Shown: positions 52,020-64,000 of the stretch, piece after piece | Layout: each line of letters starts with the position of its first letter | How positions within the stretch are numbered: position 1 is the stretch's first letter | Origin: Octopus bimaculoides | Lineage: Eukaryota | Assembly (NCBI RefSeq): GCF_001194135.2 | Contig: NC_068981.1 | Location: 63,495,816 to 63,559,815, forward strand | Length of the DNA stretch: 64,000 nucleotides | Reading direction: 5' to 3' | Program-made: the position numbers and the translations under genes | Notes under the pieces: model-generated | What the model was told of the DNA's origin: nothing | The model's database searches: none | Seen by the model: only the letters and a program-made list of their open reading frames with translations

Positions 52020-52220
52020 CATGGCCTAGTGGTTAAGGGTGTTGCACTCACGATCTGAGATCGTGGTTTCAATTCCTAGACCTAGTGGTGCGTTGTGTCC
52101 TTTAGCAAATCACTTTATCTCACGTTGTTCTACGATCACTTCGACACCTGACGCGTGGCATACCGTGCACCTGTTCAGGTAATGTCGATGAGATGGAGGG
52201 GTGTGCTAACGTACGGCACA
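52015..52220 (+). mobile_element. SINE family E (tRNA-like head, CORE-like centre, distinct tail)
   Basis: gcatggcctagtggttaagggtgttgcactc...gtggtttcaattcc...gtgtcctttagcaaatcactttatctcacgttg...gatcacttcgacacc. Confidence 0.8.
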
Positions 52221-52260
52221 TGTATGTATGTATGTATGTATGTATGTATGTATGTATGTA

Positions 52261-52310
<50 letters not shown>

Positions 52311-52852
52311 NNNNNNNNNNNNNNNNNNNNNNNNNNNNNNNNNNNNNNNNNNNNNNNNNNNNNNNNNNNNNNNNNNNNNNNNNNNNNNNNNNNNNNNNNN
52401 NNNNNNNNNNNNNNNNNNNNNNNNNNNNNNNNNNNNNNNNNNNNNNNNNNNNNNNNNNNNNNNNNNNNNNNNNNNNNNNNNNNNNNNNNNNNNNNNNNNN
52501 NNNNNNNNNNNNNNNNNNNNNNNNNNNNNNNNNNNNNNNNNNNNNNNNNNNNNNNNNNNNNNNNNNNNNNNNNNNNNNNNNNNNNNNNNNNNNNNNNNNN
52601 NNNNNNNNNNNNNNNNNNNNNNNNNNNNNNNNNNNNNNNNNNNNNNNNNNNNNNNNNNNNNNNNNNNNNNNNNNNNNNNNNNNNNNNNNNNNNNNNNNNN
52701 NNNNNNNNNNNNNNNNNNNNNNNNNNNNNNNNNNNNNNNNNNNNNNNNNNNNNNNNNNNNNNNNNNNNNNNNNNNNNNNNNNNNNNNNNNNNNNNNNNNN
52801 NNNNNNNNNGATGATGATGATGATGATGATGATATACATATGTATATATAGA

Positions 52853-52895
<43 letters not shown>

Positions 52896-53257
52896 TCACA
52901 AGATTATTTATTCTCTGTGATAGAATAAATGCTATATCTTAATGATTTATAAACATCTAATTATAATTATCAAAGTGAAATAATTATCCGAAAAGCCATT
53001 CCTATTCATTTTCCAAACATAAAATACTGTACTAACGACTTTCTATTTCTCATTCTAGTATACATACATACATACATACGTATATATATATATATACACA
53101 CACACACGCATATATATATGTATGCATGTATATATGTGTGTGTGCGTGTATGTATGTATATATACATATATAGTCTATATAGTCTATGGACTAAATTTTT
53201 ACATGCTAGGCCACTGGTAGTAGAAATTTCTAATATTTCTCATTACCCCTGATATTA

Positions 53258-53300
<43 letters not shown>

Positions 53301-55529
53301 TTGTTGAAGGGATATGATATGTGACAGATATATATACTGCGTGAAAACATTCTATCACGTTTTAATGTTATATATCATATTATTGCGCTATATATCGTTT
53401 GAGGTGTATTTGATCTTCTATAGCTTGTATGTACGTTTATGTGTATATGTACTTCAATCTATGTATTTTGATATATATGAGATTGCGTGTGACGGAATCA
53501 ATTAAAGATACTTCATTTTTATACATTATACACGTATGTATTACATTGTGTTATAGATTTCTATATTACGTTAAAGATTTGTTACGTTATAGGTTATATT
53601 TCACTATAGATATGAAAATATTGAAATTAATTAATTTCTGAAATTAAATAAAAAAAGCTTTATCTAACCGACATACATCCGTAATTAACCTTTCTTGTTT
53701 TTGTTTTCTTTCTGACAATAAACCCACAAATAGCGATAATATACAAAATACATACTAAAGAAGCTGTCTGCCCTTAAATGTGTATCTATTAGTCACCGCC
53801 TCCCTTATTACTCCTCCTCAAGTTTATTGCTTTATCTTGCTCGTTATCCTTTATTTGGCCTCTGAGATAAATTAAGATAATAAGATAAGTCAAGAAAAAT
53901 GAGAGTTAAGAAGGAAAAAGACGGGATGAAGTTAGCACGCAATGACTAAATTAATAGAGCTTTTCTTCACTTTTTTTATTTTTTTAGGGGTGAAACCTTT
54001 TTTAAAGGAAGACTGCTGCTACTTCTTAATATATTTTTGTAAATGAAACATCTTGTCGGAGATGAAAGAGCGAAATGGAAAAAGGGAGAAAGGATAAGAT
54101 AAAATGGAAGTGAAGAAAAGAGAATAAGATTGTAGGAGAAGGAAGAAAAAGAAGAGGGAAAGACGGTAAGAGTAGAAGATAAAATTGAGGAAGAAAAAAA
54201 CGATATGAAGTATGGGCAATTGAAAGAAAGAAAAGAAGGCGGATTGAGAGAGAGAAGAGAAGGAGTGAAGAAAAGAAAGACTGAGAAAGAAAGAAACAGA
54301 GAGGTTGAGTGAATAAATGAATGAGAAAAGTATACAATAAAGACACGAAATAACAGGGAATAACAGAGAAATGTAAGTAAAGAAAGCAATATGAATATAA
54401 CTGGAGAATGAAAGCGAGAATATTAGAAAAATTGAGACGACTAAAGCAAATATAAAATAATGGAAAGAAAAAGTAGAAAAAAGGGCAAAAAAAAAAAACT
54501 AAGCAAGAACGAAGAATGAAATAAATAAATAAAAAAAGAAAATGAAGCTTGGAAGAATGAATAAAAGAGAATGGTGTCCATATCAGTAGGACGGTTCATA
54601 ATAAAGTTTTATAGAGCAGAAATTAAGATATTAGCAAAGATTAAAAGTACGTCTTGTATTTAAGACATGATTATTGGTAAGTCAAAACCTCCGAAGCGCC
54701 AAACCTGTTATCAGTCGACTAATTATCTGATGAACTTTAAGTAGCACTTAGTAGCCGTAATTAGTGTATATCAAGCTATGTGTTTGGTTAGATGGTTGTT
54801 GATTGGTTTGTTTTGCGATAGACGATGGGTGGTGATCGTAGTGGTAGTGATGGTGGTAGTGGTGGTGGTGGTGGTAGTGGTAGTGGTGGTGGTGGTAGTC
54901 GTAGTGGCAATGGGCGGTGACGGTAAATGAGTGGTGGTGGTGGTGGTTGTGGTAGTGGAGGAGGATATCGTGAAGTTGGGTTTTGCTTGATAGCCGAACA
55001 TTTTTAACCTTGAGAGAAGCTTCCACGTGGAATATCGACTTGCTAGAAATTGTAGCAAATTCTCCTTCAAATCTCACTCTACTGTCTACACACACACACA
55101 CACACACACAAACACAGAAAGGAACACTGTCTAATGAAGTTAGTCCTAGATATTCTGCATCTGAGTAGATGGGACGACCATGTTTGGAAAGCTTTTGCTC
55201 ATAAGTCCATTCGATCTCTGCCGACCTGAGATGACAACAGCAATTTATGTTTGCATATTTGTAAACTTTTTTTCTTTTATTAGCTACTGACACTTTGGAC
55301 TGTGGCCATACTGGAGTAGAATATGGAGTCTTGTAGGATATAGTTGATTGCACTGTAACCACACACAGGATGCTTTCCATCGTGCATGTTGTCTAAGAGT
55401 ACGCTCCTCAATAAGTAAACTTAGAGTGGTTGTTGATTTAGTCCTCCATGATCCGGCTAGACAACAGATTGTGCTAAGTTCCACTTCGCCACTGGCCCTC
55501 ATAAAGGATACAGTCGATTATAATAATGA

Positions 55530-55730
55530 TTTCAAATTTTGGCACAATGCCATCAATTTCGGGGTAAGAAGTAAGTCGATTACCTCAACTGGTACTTATT
55601 TCATCGAGCCTGGAAAAATGAAAGGTAAAATCGACCTTGGCGGAATTTGTACTCAGAACGTAAGAACGGATGAAATATTGCTAAACATTTTTCCTGGCAT
55701 ACTAACGATTCTGTCAGCTCACCGCCTTCC
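55530..55730 (-). mobile_element. SINE-A
   Basis: tttggcacaatgcc...actggtacttatttcatcgagcctggaaaaatgaaaggtaaaatcgacc...cagctcaccgcc. Confidence 0.8.
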
Positions 55731-56560
55731 AGTCAATTAACTAATATTAGTATTTCTTTTATCGGCTGGTCCTTATTTAAGACAGTGAAGTGGTGGGGTC
55801 ACTAGAACATTGAATTGAATGCCGTGTAATTTTGTATTTGAGTTCAAGTTACATCAAGGTCGGTTTTGCCTTTTGTTTTTCATGCTTGATAAAGTACCAC
55901 TCAGTGGTAGAACTGATAGATCGTTTGAACTGAATACTTTGCAGTATTTGCTCCGATTCTTTGTATTGTGGTACAACGCGTGTAGCGACTATGGTGTCAA
56001 GCTCACTCGGCCTTAAGGCGTTGGTTTTCCTTTAGGTAACATCGGAGACGTGGAGAGGGCACACTCACATGGATGGATAACTGCTAGTCTTCCACTGAAA
56101 TCTGGATGGCTGTTCCTCCTGCCCACGTGGCTGGAAATCAATACAAGCAATAGCTGGACTTTATTCCTGTGACGGTGAAGCATCCCGCTCAGATCAGGAG
56201 GAATATTGTACTCTCGGTCGCTTATGCGCCACGGAAATCAACAAAAGCTCTGCTCTAATGGACGTGAAGGCTCGTAGCAAACCTAAGATCTAATATGGAG
56301 GTAAATTTCACTAAGCAAAAGAACTGAGAGTTCGAAGTGGAGGACGCTGCTTTTCCCTAAAATATTTCGTAAGTTCGAAACGATACGTGTGCCTTTTCCT
56401 TTTTTTTTTTTTTTTGATAGGAGTATGTGTGGAAATTATTATTAAAGTGAATTACTCGGAGACGCCATCTGCCAGAAAATTATTGTTAAGTTATTGTTAA
56501 AGTGTTAAGATATTTAATGTAGCGAGTCTGATAAGGGTACACTAGGCACTTGCATCACAA

Positions 56561-56900
56561 CCATATGTGCGCGACATGGTGATCTCATATCAAGATAAAC
56601 AGCGCATAATCTTACAGGTGAGGCCTAGTTAGAATTTTCTTCAGATTGAGTAGCTCATCCCGCTCAATAGGGGTTGTTTAAGGATGTTGAACGAAACTTC
56701 ATATGTGCGCGACATGGTGATCTCATATCAAGATAAACAGTGCATGACCTCGCAGGTGGGGCCCAGTTAGAATTTTTTTCAGGTCGAGTAGCCCATCCCG
56801 CTCAAAAGGTCCCTGAATAAGGTTTGTTTAAGGATATTGAGCAAAACAAAGGTAAATTATTCAAACCTCAAAGAATTCCTCTTAACACATGGCTATGATT
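56561..56900 (+). repeat. Unclassified dispersed repeat with an internal tandem duplication of about 140 bp; related sequence at about 31020-31190
   Basis: catatgtgcgcgacatggtgatctcatatcaagataaacag starts at about 56561 and 56700. ttattcaaacc.caaagaat.cc..tcaacacatggctatg is shared with about 31022-31062. Confidence 0.75.
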
Positions 56901-56904
56901 ATTA

Positions 56905-57610
56905 AGGGCGGTGAGTTGGTAGAGTCGTTAGCACGTCGGGCAAAATATTTAGCGGTATTTCGTCTGTTTTCGCGTTCTGAGTTCAAATCTCGCTGAGGTA
57001 GACTTTGCTTATCATCTTTTCGGGGTCGATAAATTAAGTACAGTGAAACACTGGAGTCATGCCTTTAATAGAAAGGATTATTATTATTATTATTCAACAA
57101 ATTCCACCGAGGTCATCTTTGCTTTTCATCTTCTGGGTGTCGATAAATTAAGTACCAGTGAAACGCTGGGGTCGATGTAATCGACTTACTTCCTCCTACC
57201 AAATTTCAGGCCTTGTGCCTTCAGTAGAAAGGTTTATCATTATTATTATTTAACAAATTACGCCGAGATCGACTTTGCCTTTCATCCTTTCGGAGTCGAT
57301 AAATAAATTTCCAGTTGAGTATTGGGGTCGATGTGATCGACTGTCCCCACGCCCTACAAGATGCAGGCCTTGTGCCTACAGTAGAAAGGATTATTAGTAT
57401 TATCCAGTGCGGCGAGCTGGCAGAATTGTTAGCACGCCAGACAAAATGCTTTGCAGCATTACGTCCATCTTTATACTCTGAGTTCAAATTCATCTGAAGT
57501 CGATTTTGCCTTTTATTCTTTCGGGGTCGATGAAATAATTACTAGTTATGCACTTGGGTCGTAATCAACTTACCCGCCACCAAAATTCTAGCCTTGTGCT
57601 TATGGAAGAA
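56905..57610 (+). mobile_element. Chain of four full or partial SINE-A copies
   Basis: The central domain recurs at about 57000, 57115, 57270 and 57500. Copies are joined by short (ATT)n tails. Confidence 0.85.
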
Positions 57611-57612
57611 TA

Positions 57613-57646
<34 letters not shown>

Positions 57647-58692
57647 CAATTTTCTTCTTTATCGCTTCTCTTTCTTTTATACAATTTCTATAATCTTTTG
57701 TTTTATTTTTGCTATTTTCTTCATAATAAAGGCCAGAATCATGTCTACTTAAGATAAAGGCTGAAGTTAGACGACTCCTTTACAGGCAGATGGGATACTT
57801 CACAACACTGAACTGGAAATAATAATGAACGTATCAGGGCGCAGACACCGAAAGAGTGAGAAAGAGAGAGGAGGAGAGAGTCGGGTGGGGAGAAAGTGAG
57901 AGAGAAAGAGAAAATCAAGAGAGGCATACGTTTATTTTCCACCGTATATGTGTGTACAATATATATGTGTGTATATGTGTGTGAGTGTGTATGTGTGTGT
58001 GTGTGTGTCTGTATATATTCCTCTCTGTCTCTCACAGTGTGTGTGTATGTGTGTATTTTCAGAATACGGTTGTGTAGGAGAAGCAGTATAGATTAAACAA
58101 TCTGTTGCTACTCGGGTTTGGTAAGATATTAAGGCAGAGACTAACATGGAAGTTTCGATCCCGTAATGGGCCATGTCACTTTATCTTGTAATTTGTACCA
58201 GTAATTTCGGATCACAGACTTATGGACAATTTTGTCGATGAGGACTACATTAATACTTAGAATTAACTAGTGAGTTTTCCCGTTATCTGTACTATAATCA
58301 GCGCTTGTTCTCAGTCTTTCTGACTGACTACCTACATGAGGCAAATTCTCAACGACCGACATAGTACAACTTCTAGTAAAATTATATGATGCCCCACCAC
58401 TCACCTGCAACGGTCTTTGCATCTCTGAATTTGCATTACCTGTCTCTCTACCTTTCTCTCATCAACTGTGCCATATTTTACTATCCAGATATCGTATTAG
58501 CCACTTCGTCCAATCCTTCTTTCCCAAACTGTAAAGGCTCTAAGAATTCCTTCCAGAATCTTTCTAAGTTCTCGCAGAATATAAATCCGAGGGTCTGCGA
58601 AGGTCACCTACACAACTAAGTCCACACCGTTACGTCCTTTAAAGAAGACATTGAAATACTTTCAAGAAGAGCACCGTAAATTTTCTCCTTTA

Positions 58693-58894
58693 TTAGAGAA
58701 TAACGTAGTTAAATGCATATTCATATATATAGAAAAGATGTTTTAGCTTCCTTTTCGTATTTTTAGTTTGATTTTCAGTTAAATAATAAGCAAAAATAGA
58801 AAATATTTGCTCAAAATTAAACTAAACATAAGAAAAGGAAGCTAAAACGTCTTTATATATATATGAATTTACATTTAACTACTTTATTCTCTAA
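58693..58894. mobile_element. TA-flanked palindromic MITE (Tc1/mariner-type TSD)
   Basis: About 80-bp arms, ttagagaataacgtagttaaatg...ttttagcttccttttc and gaaaaggaagctaaaa...catttaactactttattctctaa. TA on both sides. Confidence 0.75.
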
Positions 58895-58907
58895 TATTCT
58901 CAAATAT

Positions 58908-59116
58908 AAGGCAGCGAGCTGACAGAAACGTTAGCACGCCGGGCAAAATGCTTAGCGGTATTTCGTCTGTCTTTATGCTCTGAGTTCAATTTTCGCCGAG
59001 GTCGACTTTTCCTTTCATCCTTTCGGGGTAGATAAATTAAGTACCAGTTGCGTACTGGGGTTGATCTAATCGACTGGTCACATCCCCAATTATGTCGGGT
59101 CTTGTGCCTAGAATAG
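58908..59116 (+). mobile_element. SINE-A with a perfect 15-bp TSD
   Basis: TSD aatattctcaaatat at 58893-58907 and 59117-59131. Confidence 0.92.
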
Positions 59117-59820
59117 AATATTCTCAAATATTAAGCAAAAATAAAAATATTGGTTAAAATTCTTCGGATTATATAGCGATATAGAAAACGATATAAGACT
59201 AATGTAGTTCTTTTACTTCCACAGCTAATGTTAAAGAGAAAAGACTGTTGCTTCTGGTCATGATGTTGTGCTTTTTATGTTTATCCCCTGGTCAGCTCTA
59301 GTCAATTAAACCCATCATGAAAGCTATCCCAACCGAGACAATCTCGTTTTAATACCAGGCATAGTGTATGTAGTTCAGGACTTTGGATAAATCTGTATGT
59401 GGTGCAGAAAGGAGGAATCTGATGATCTAGTAGTGTTCCTTCGTCTGGGAGAAAACCTCGTTTCACTTAGACGAAAAGCTACTCCTTAAACAATTTATCT
59501 TTTTTTCCAACATCAAACATATTTATCCAAATCCATCAACGTTTCTATAGGACTTTTACCAACACAGACTACTACCAATTTCTTGGTAGCAGGATGCGTG
59601 CACTTGTTTGGCTTGGTGGCAGATAATGAGTAAAGAATGCCGCACACACAAACAGTGAGGAGGAGGAGGGGAAATAAATGACAGTTGTTAGAAAGAGAGA
59701 GAGAGGGGGGGGATACAGGGTGGAGGAAATGAAAGCGAAACAGTTCAGGACAGTATAAAAAACAAAGGAATAATTTTATAAAACAAAGCAGCAGGAGTAA
59801 AAGGAAGAGAGAGAGAGAGA

Positions 59821-59884
59821 GATGGTGAGAGGGAGAGATGGTGAGAGGGAGAGATGGTGAGAGGGAGAGATGGTGAGAGGGAGA
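59821..59884. repeat. Minisatellite of 4 x 16 bp (gatggtgagagggaga)
   Basis: Four exact tandem units. Confidence 0.9.
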
Positions 59885-60124
59885 GAGAGTAGGGCGAGAA
59901 GGTTATAGGTAGAGGAGAGAGTGAGTATAGGAGGAGAAGGTGATAGGTAAAGAGGAAGAGAAGAAATTGAAGTCATTTATAAATTACTATTAAAGAAATT
60001 TATCGATCTCGTAGTATGAAAGGCGAAGTTGACCAGAGCGGAATTTTAATTGAGAACGTAACAAGTCGGAACAAATAACACTAGGTATTTTGTCGGACGC
60101 TCTAGCGCCGCCTTATTTAGGACT

Positions 60125-60400
60125 TCGAGAAAGACGGTTCTGCAATTTCTTGCCGAACAACCTGCACAAATGATTGGTTTAAAGTGATCAAATGTTTGAG
60201 CAGTACATTAGCTCACTCTCTCCATCAAATCTACAATGCCTGAACAAGTTTCTGGTGTACCAAACACCGGGTGTTGAAGTGATCGCAGAACAACGTGAAT
60301 TGAAGTCTTTTGCTCAAGAATACAACCACCCAGTCCAGGAACTGAAACCACGATCTCGCGATCGTGTCGTGAGTGTAACACCTTAACCACTTAACCACGG
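60125..60400 (-). mobile_element. SINE-E (second copy)
   Basis: Reverse complement matches 52015-52220 (gtggttaaggtgttacactc, gatcacttcaacacc, ttgttcaggc, gatggagagagtgagctaatg). Confidence 0.8.
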
Positions 60401-60584
60401 CAAGATTAAAATTAGGAAGGCAATGAGCTGAAAACTTAAATAGTTATTGTCAAAAATACGCATAATTATTAGTCCTTAAATAATAAACCGTTTCATGTAC
60501 AACTTATTTACTGTTAATGCCGTTTGTTCAACACACACACACGTCTTTTCCTGGGTGTATATATGTTTTCGTGTCTGATATTTG

Positions 60585-60905
60585 AGAATTGGGACAGAAC
60601 CACCCATACATGTACTTAGAAATAAAAGAGAAAGTCAAACTAATATTAAAAACCTATCACAATGCCAGTAGTAAGATAACAAGTATACGTGTACCGGTCT
60701 TGCCAGTCGTAAATATAATAAATTGGAAATTAAGTGAACTGAAGAGCTTAGATAAGAATACAAGAAAGCTAATCGCTGCATACCGAACTCCCCATTCTGA
60801 AGCTGATGCAGGCAGGAGATACCAACCTACCACGCGAAAAAGTGGAATGGCTTTGATAAAAACAGAGAATTCTTAAATACTAGAAAAATAGACGAAGCCA
60901 GCAAA
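60585..60905 (+). mobile_element. R4/Dong-like non-LTR retrotransposon internal fragment (RT C-terminal region)
   Basis: KVKLILKTYHNASSKITSIRVPVLPVVNIINWKLSELKSLDKNTRKLI...HSEADAGRRYQP resembles the R4-clade pattern ILKS.LN..NK..AIN..AVPV...II.W...EL..LDRKTRK....HP..D..RLY.PR. The match is from memory. Confidence 0.7.
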
Positions 60906-61254
60906 TGTGTAAACTGATTATGAAGCAGCATAGAAATAATCCCAATACTTTTCTTTATATGCTGAGACAAAATATTTTTTTTTTTACATTGCGGTGGGTG
61001 GTAGAGTCTACCACAAAGGTTCAAGTACTTCACTGGTATTTTATTTTATTGACACCGAAAGCAAGAAAGGCGGAGTTGATTTCGGCAATGGGCTGAAAAC
61101 AGATGAAGGCAATGGGCTGAAAACTGAAATAGTAATTTAAAGACATATTTAACACGTTTAAGTGTATTCGGACTTGGTAGGACCTTTTGCTGTTCAGATG
61201 TTCTCAAGAAAAAAATTCTCCTCCTAGACAGGGTTTTAGTACCATTTGAAGGGG

Positions 61255-63482
61255 AACATTTTTAGTATAATTAAAAAAACATCGAATTTAAGAAGTGCCC
61301 AAAGAAACATAGCAAGCACCAAAGAAAACTAAATGAACTGCTCAAGACCTTCAGGAACGCAACTGGAATATTGGTGCCTGCGGACAAAGCTGGTAACCGC
61401 TATAATGTTGATATTAACACATACACTAAGCATTTAACTAAGCAATTACATAGCAAATACAAGCACACACCACACAATAAATAGAAAATACAGATAAGAA
61501 GGGGCTGGAAATAGTTAAGAAATCAGGTATACAAGACAAGACTAGACCTTACACCCCTATGACACTTAAAATAAGCCTAAAAGACCATAAGAAAAACTTC
61601 CAGGATAACCCATCAGTAAGACTTATATGCCCTTCTAAATCGGATATAGGTAAAATTAGCAAGGCAATAATAGATAGGATAATATCTAAATTAAAATGTG
61701 TAACCAAACTCAAATTGTGAACTAACACCAATGGAATTAGCACATGGTTTAAAAGCCTGGGGAACAAAATCAAGACCAAGTTTGTGCAGCTAGACATATC
61801 AAATCAGTCCATAAGCCCGGTTCTACTAAACAAGGCACTAATATTCGCAAAGACCTCATTAGCAAAGAAATAAATATGATTTTGCCGGCTAGAAGCACTC
61901 TAATTGAATACGGAGATAAACCCTGGACTCGATCAGACAGGGTAGAATCATTCGGCATAACAATGGGGTCTAGCGACTCGGCGCATGCAACGAATATAAT
62001 AGGAATATACCTATTATCGCAAATAGAATCTTGGCTCCCGAACATAGGGAGCGGGTGATTTAATAGAGACGACGCATTATTCACAATACAAAAAAGTAGC
62101 AACGTAGAAATAGAAAGCTGCAAGAAATTTTTTTTTAATTCTTTAAGAACTTTGGATTGGAAATTGAAATAGAAAAACCAAATGAGAACTTAAAATATGC
62201 GAACCGAAGATCCAACAATCCGGGACATATACTGCAAAGCATCCCAAGAAGCGTGTGTAACAGAATACCCAGACTATCCACGGATTAATTCGATATGCAC
62301 ACCGAATATTACAACGTGATTAATTCGATATGCACGCCGAATATAACAACTCATCACCAGCTAGGGCGGGATATAAGGATAGAATAGTATACATACAGAA
62401 TAAGACAGAAAAGAAACGATATCCAGAAAGCATTATAAATATAGAGATAATCATATAAATAACCGCAGAATACCAGAACCTAGAAAAATAGTAAATATGA
62501 TAGAAACCAAAAGGGAAAGAAAAAACAACCATAACACAAAAAAGGATAGATATAAAACAACCCACGAAACAGCATTCAAAGGTAGAAAGAAGGGCACCGT
62601 TAAATGCCGATAGAAACAATAAAACAGTAAAAGGAGCGGAAACAAAATACACTAATAACAAACCCAATAGATATATAAAAAGAAATGGAAAAATATTGTA
62701 TTTCCCAAGATCTTTCAAATATCACAAAATCATCAACAGGCTTAATGTAAAATTAGCATACGCGACCTTTCACAATCTAGAATACCATATACACGTACAA
62801 AGTAAAAGTAAATAAAATAAAATAAAACTGGTGGGTGAGGAAATACGGAACAACCGTAGATCATAGCACGGTATACGACGATGAAATGGTTGCAAATAGG
62901 ATTAATAAAACCTCATCAATAGCAAAGATGCATCCATACAACACCACACAATTGAGAGTCTAATCTATACATAAAAAAAATGAGTACACGATTACAGGAG
63001 GAAGAGGGAAGGGGAGCACCGGTAGTAACTCCACTGGGAGAACAGAGAAAAATAATATCACATGTAACTATAAACCTAAAGAGGAATGCAGGTTTAACAA
63101 CTGCATGAATATAGTTTTAAAATATGAGGTGAAGGCAGATATGCAGAAAAATGTGTACATTGGTGGCACCGGAGACATCATGAAAAATCGTCTGCGTAAC
63201 CATCTTACATCATTTTCCAATACAAACAAAAGGTACTCTACATTATTATCGAACCTCGTCTGGAGACTCAAACAGAATGGTGTAGAGGATACGTCACACT
63301 GGTCTATTGTAAGAGATGCTGCACTATACAACCAAACATCACGGGTAAGCAGCTTATGTCTAGAGGAAACTCTGGCAATTATCAAATCTGGGGAAAACGT
63401 GATTAATAGACACTCCGAGGTGATTGTATCATGTAAACATAATAACAAAACATTGTTTCTGGAATCCCAAAAAATATTTTAA
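61255..63482 (+). mobile_element. Penelope-like element (RT plus GIY-YIG endonuclease), pseudogenised
   Basis: RT motifs ILVPADKAGN, ISLKDHKKNFQDNPSVRLICPSKSDIGKISK, FVQLDI, GITMGSSDSA and RDDAL, then KLAYATFHNL. C-terminal GIY-YIG: VLKYEV...VYIGGTG..MKNRLRNHLTSF...STLLSNLVWRLK...LCLEE...VINR.SE...CKH. Multiple stops and frameshifts. Confidence 0.9.
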
Positions 63483-64000
63483 AACAGAGCATCAACCGCC
63501 CTTTGCATATTATAGAAAACAAATAAACAAACAAACAAACCAATATTTAGGATGCTATACACTACACCACCGTACCACCAGAAATAATTAAAAGGCTACC
63601 CTAAGAAAGTATCATTTATTAATTCAGACAGTGAACTCCAACAGTTGATGGCTGTAGTGGCTATACCAGCTGACCTACCCATCCTTGACATCTGCAGACT
63701 GTATAGCAAAATAAGTCCAACATCACCACATACACCTCCCTCCCCCTATAACTACCATTCCTTCTTCTCTTTCTATCGCCTTGCCCTCCTCCCCACCAGG
63801 TACACACAGAAATACATTCTCACTGGTCAAAGGGGATAAACAACCCTCAGTTAAACATCGATTAATGCTATATCACCTGAAGAAATGAATCCAGGAAGAT
63901 GATCAACTTGATGTCCACAGATGCTATGGACTACACTGCAATCATCCCAGGAATACAGACTGTGGTCTTAAGAGACATGTGACTTGTGGAAATGCGCGTA

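Overview
Eukaryotic, AT-rich, repeat-dominated genomic DNA from a short-read draft assembly, with 17 N gaps that mostly abut microsatellites. The repeat complement suggests a coleoid cephalopod, probably Octopus; this is inferred from repeat style, not from a database search. There are no rRNA or true tRNA genes and no CRISPR array, and almost all ORF-track entries are microsatellite or gap artefacts. Mobile content: at least five tRNA-derived SINE types (about 35 copies, including dimers, chains and nested insertions); decayed LINE fragments (HERO-like RLE, R4/Dong-like, two CR1-like pieces); a Penelope-like element with RT and GIY-YIG domains; a mariner transposase pseudogene with one TIR; several MITE or fold-back elements; a Helentron-associated (HINE)-like end; and short repeats carrying hammerhead-ribozyme-like cores. 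The main non-repeat signal is a chain of five small + strand candidate exons (about 7.5, 14.0, 18.2, 23.6 and 36.0 kb), all missed or mis-framed by the ORF track. They join in phase 1 into one open frame ending in a PDZ-ligand-like SSDTVV-stop. I could not identify the protein.
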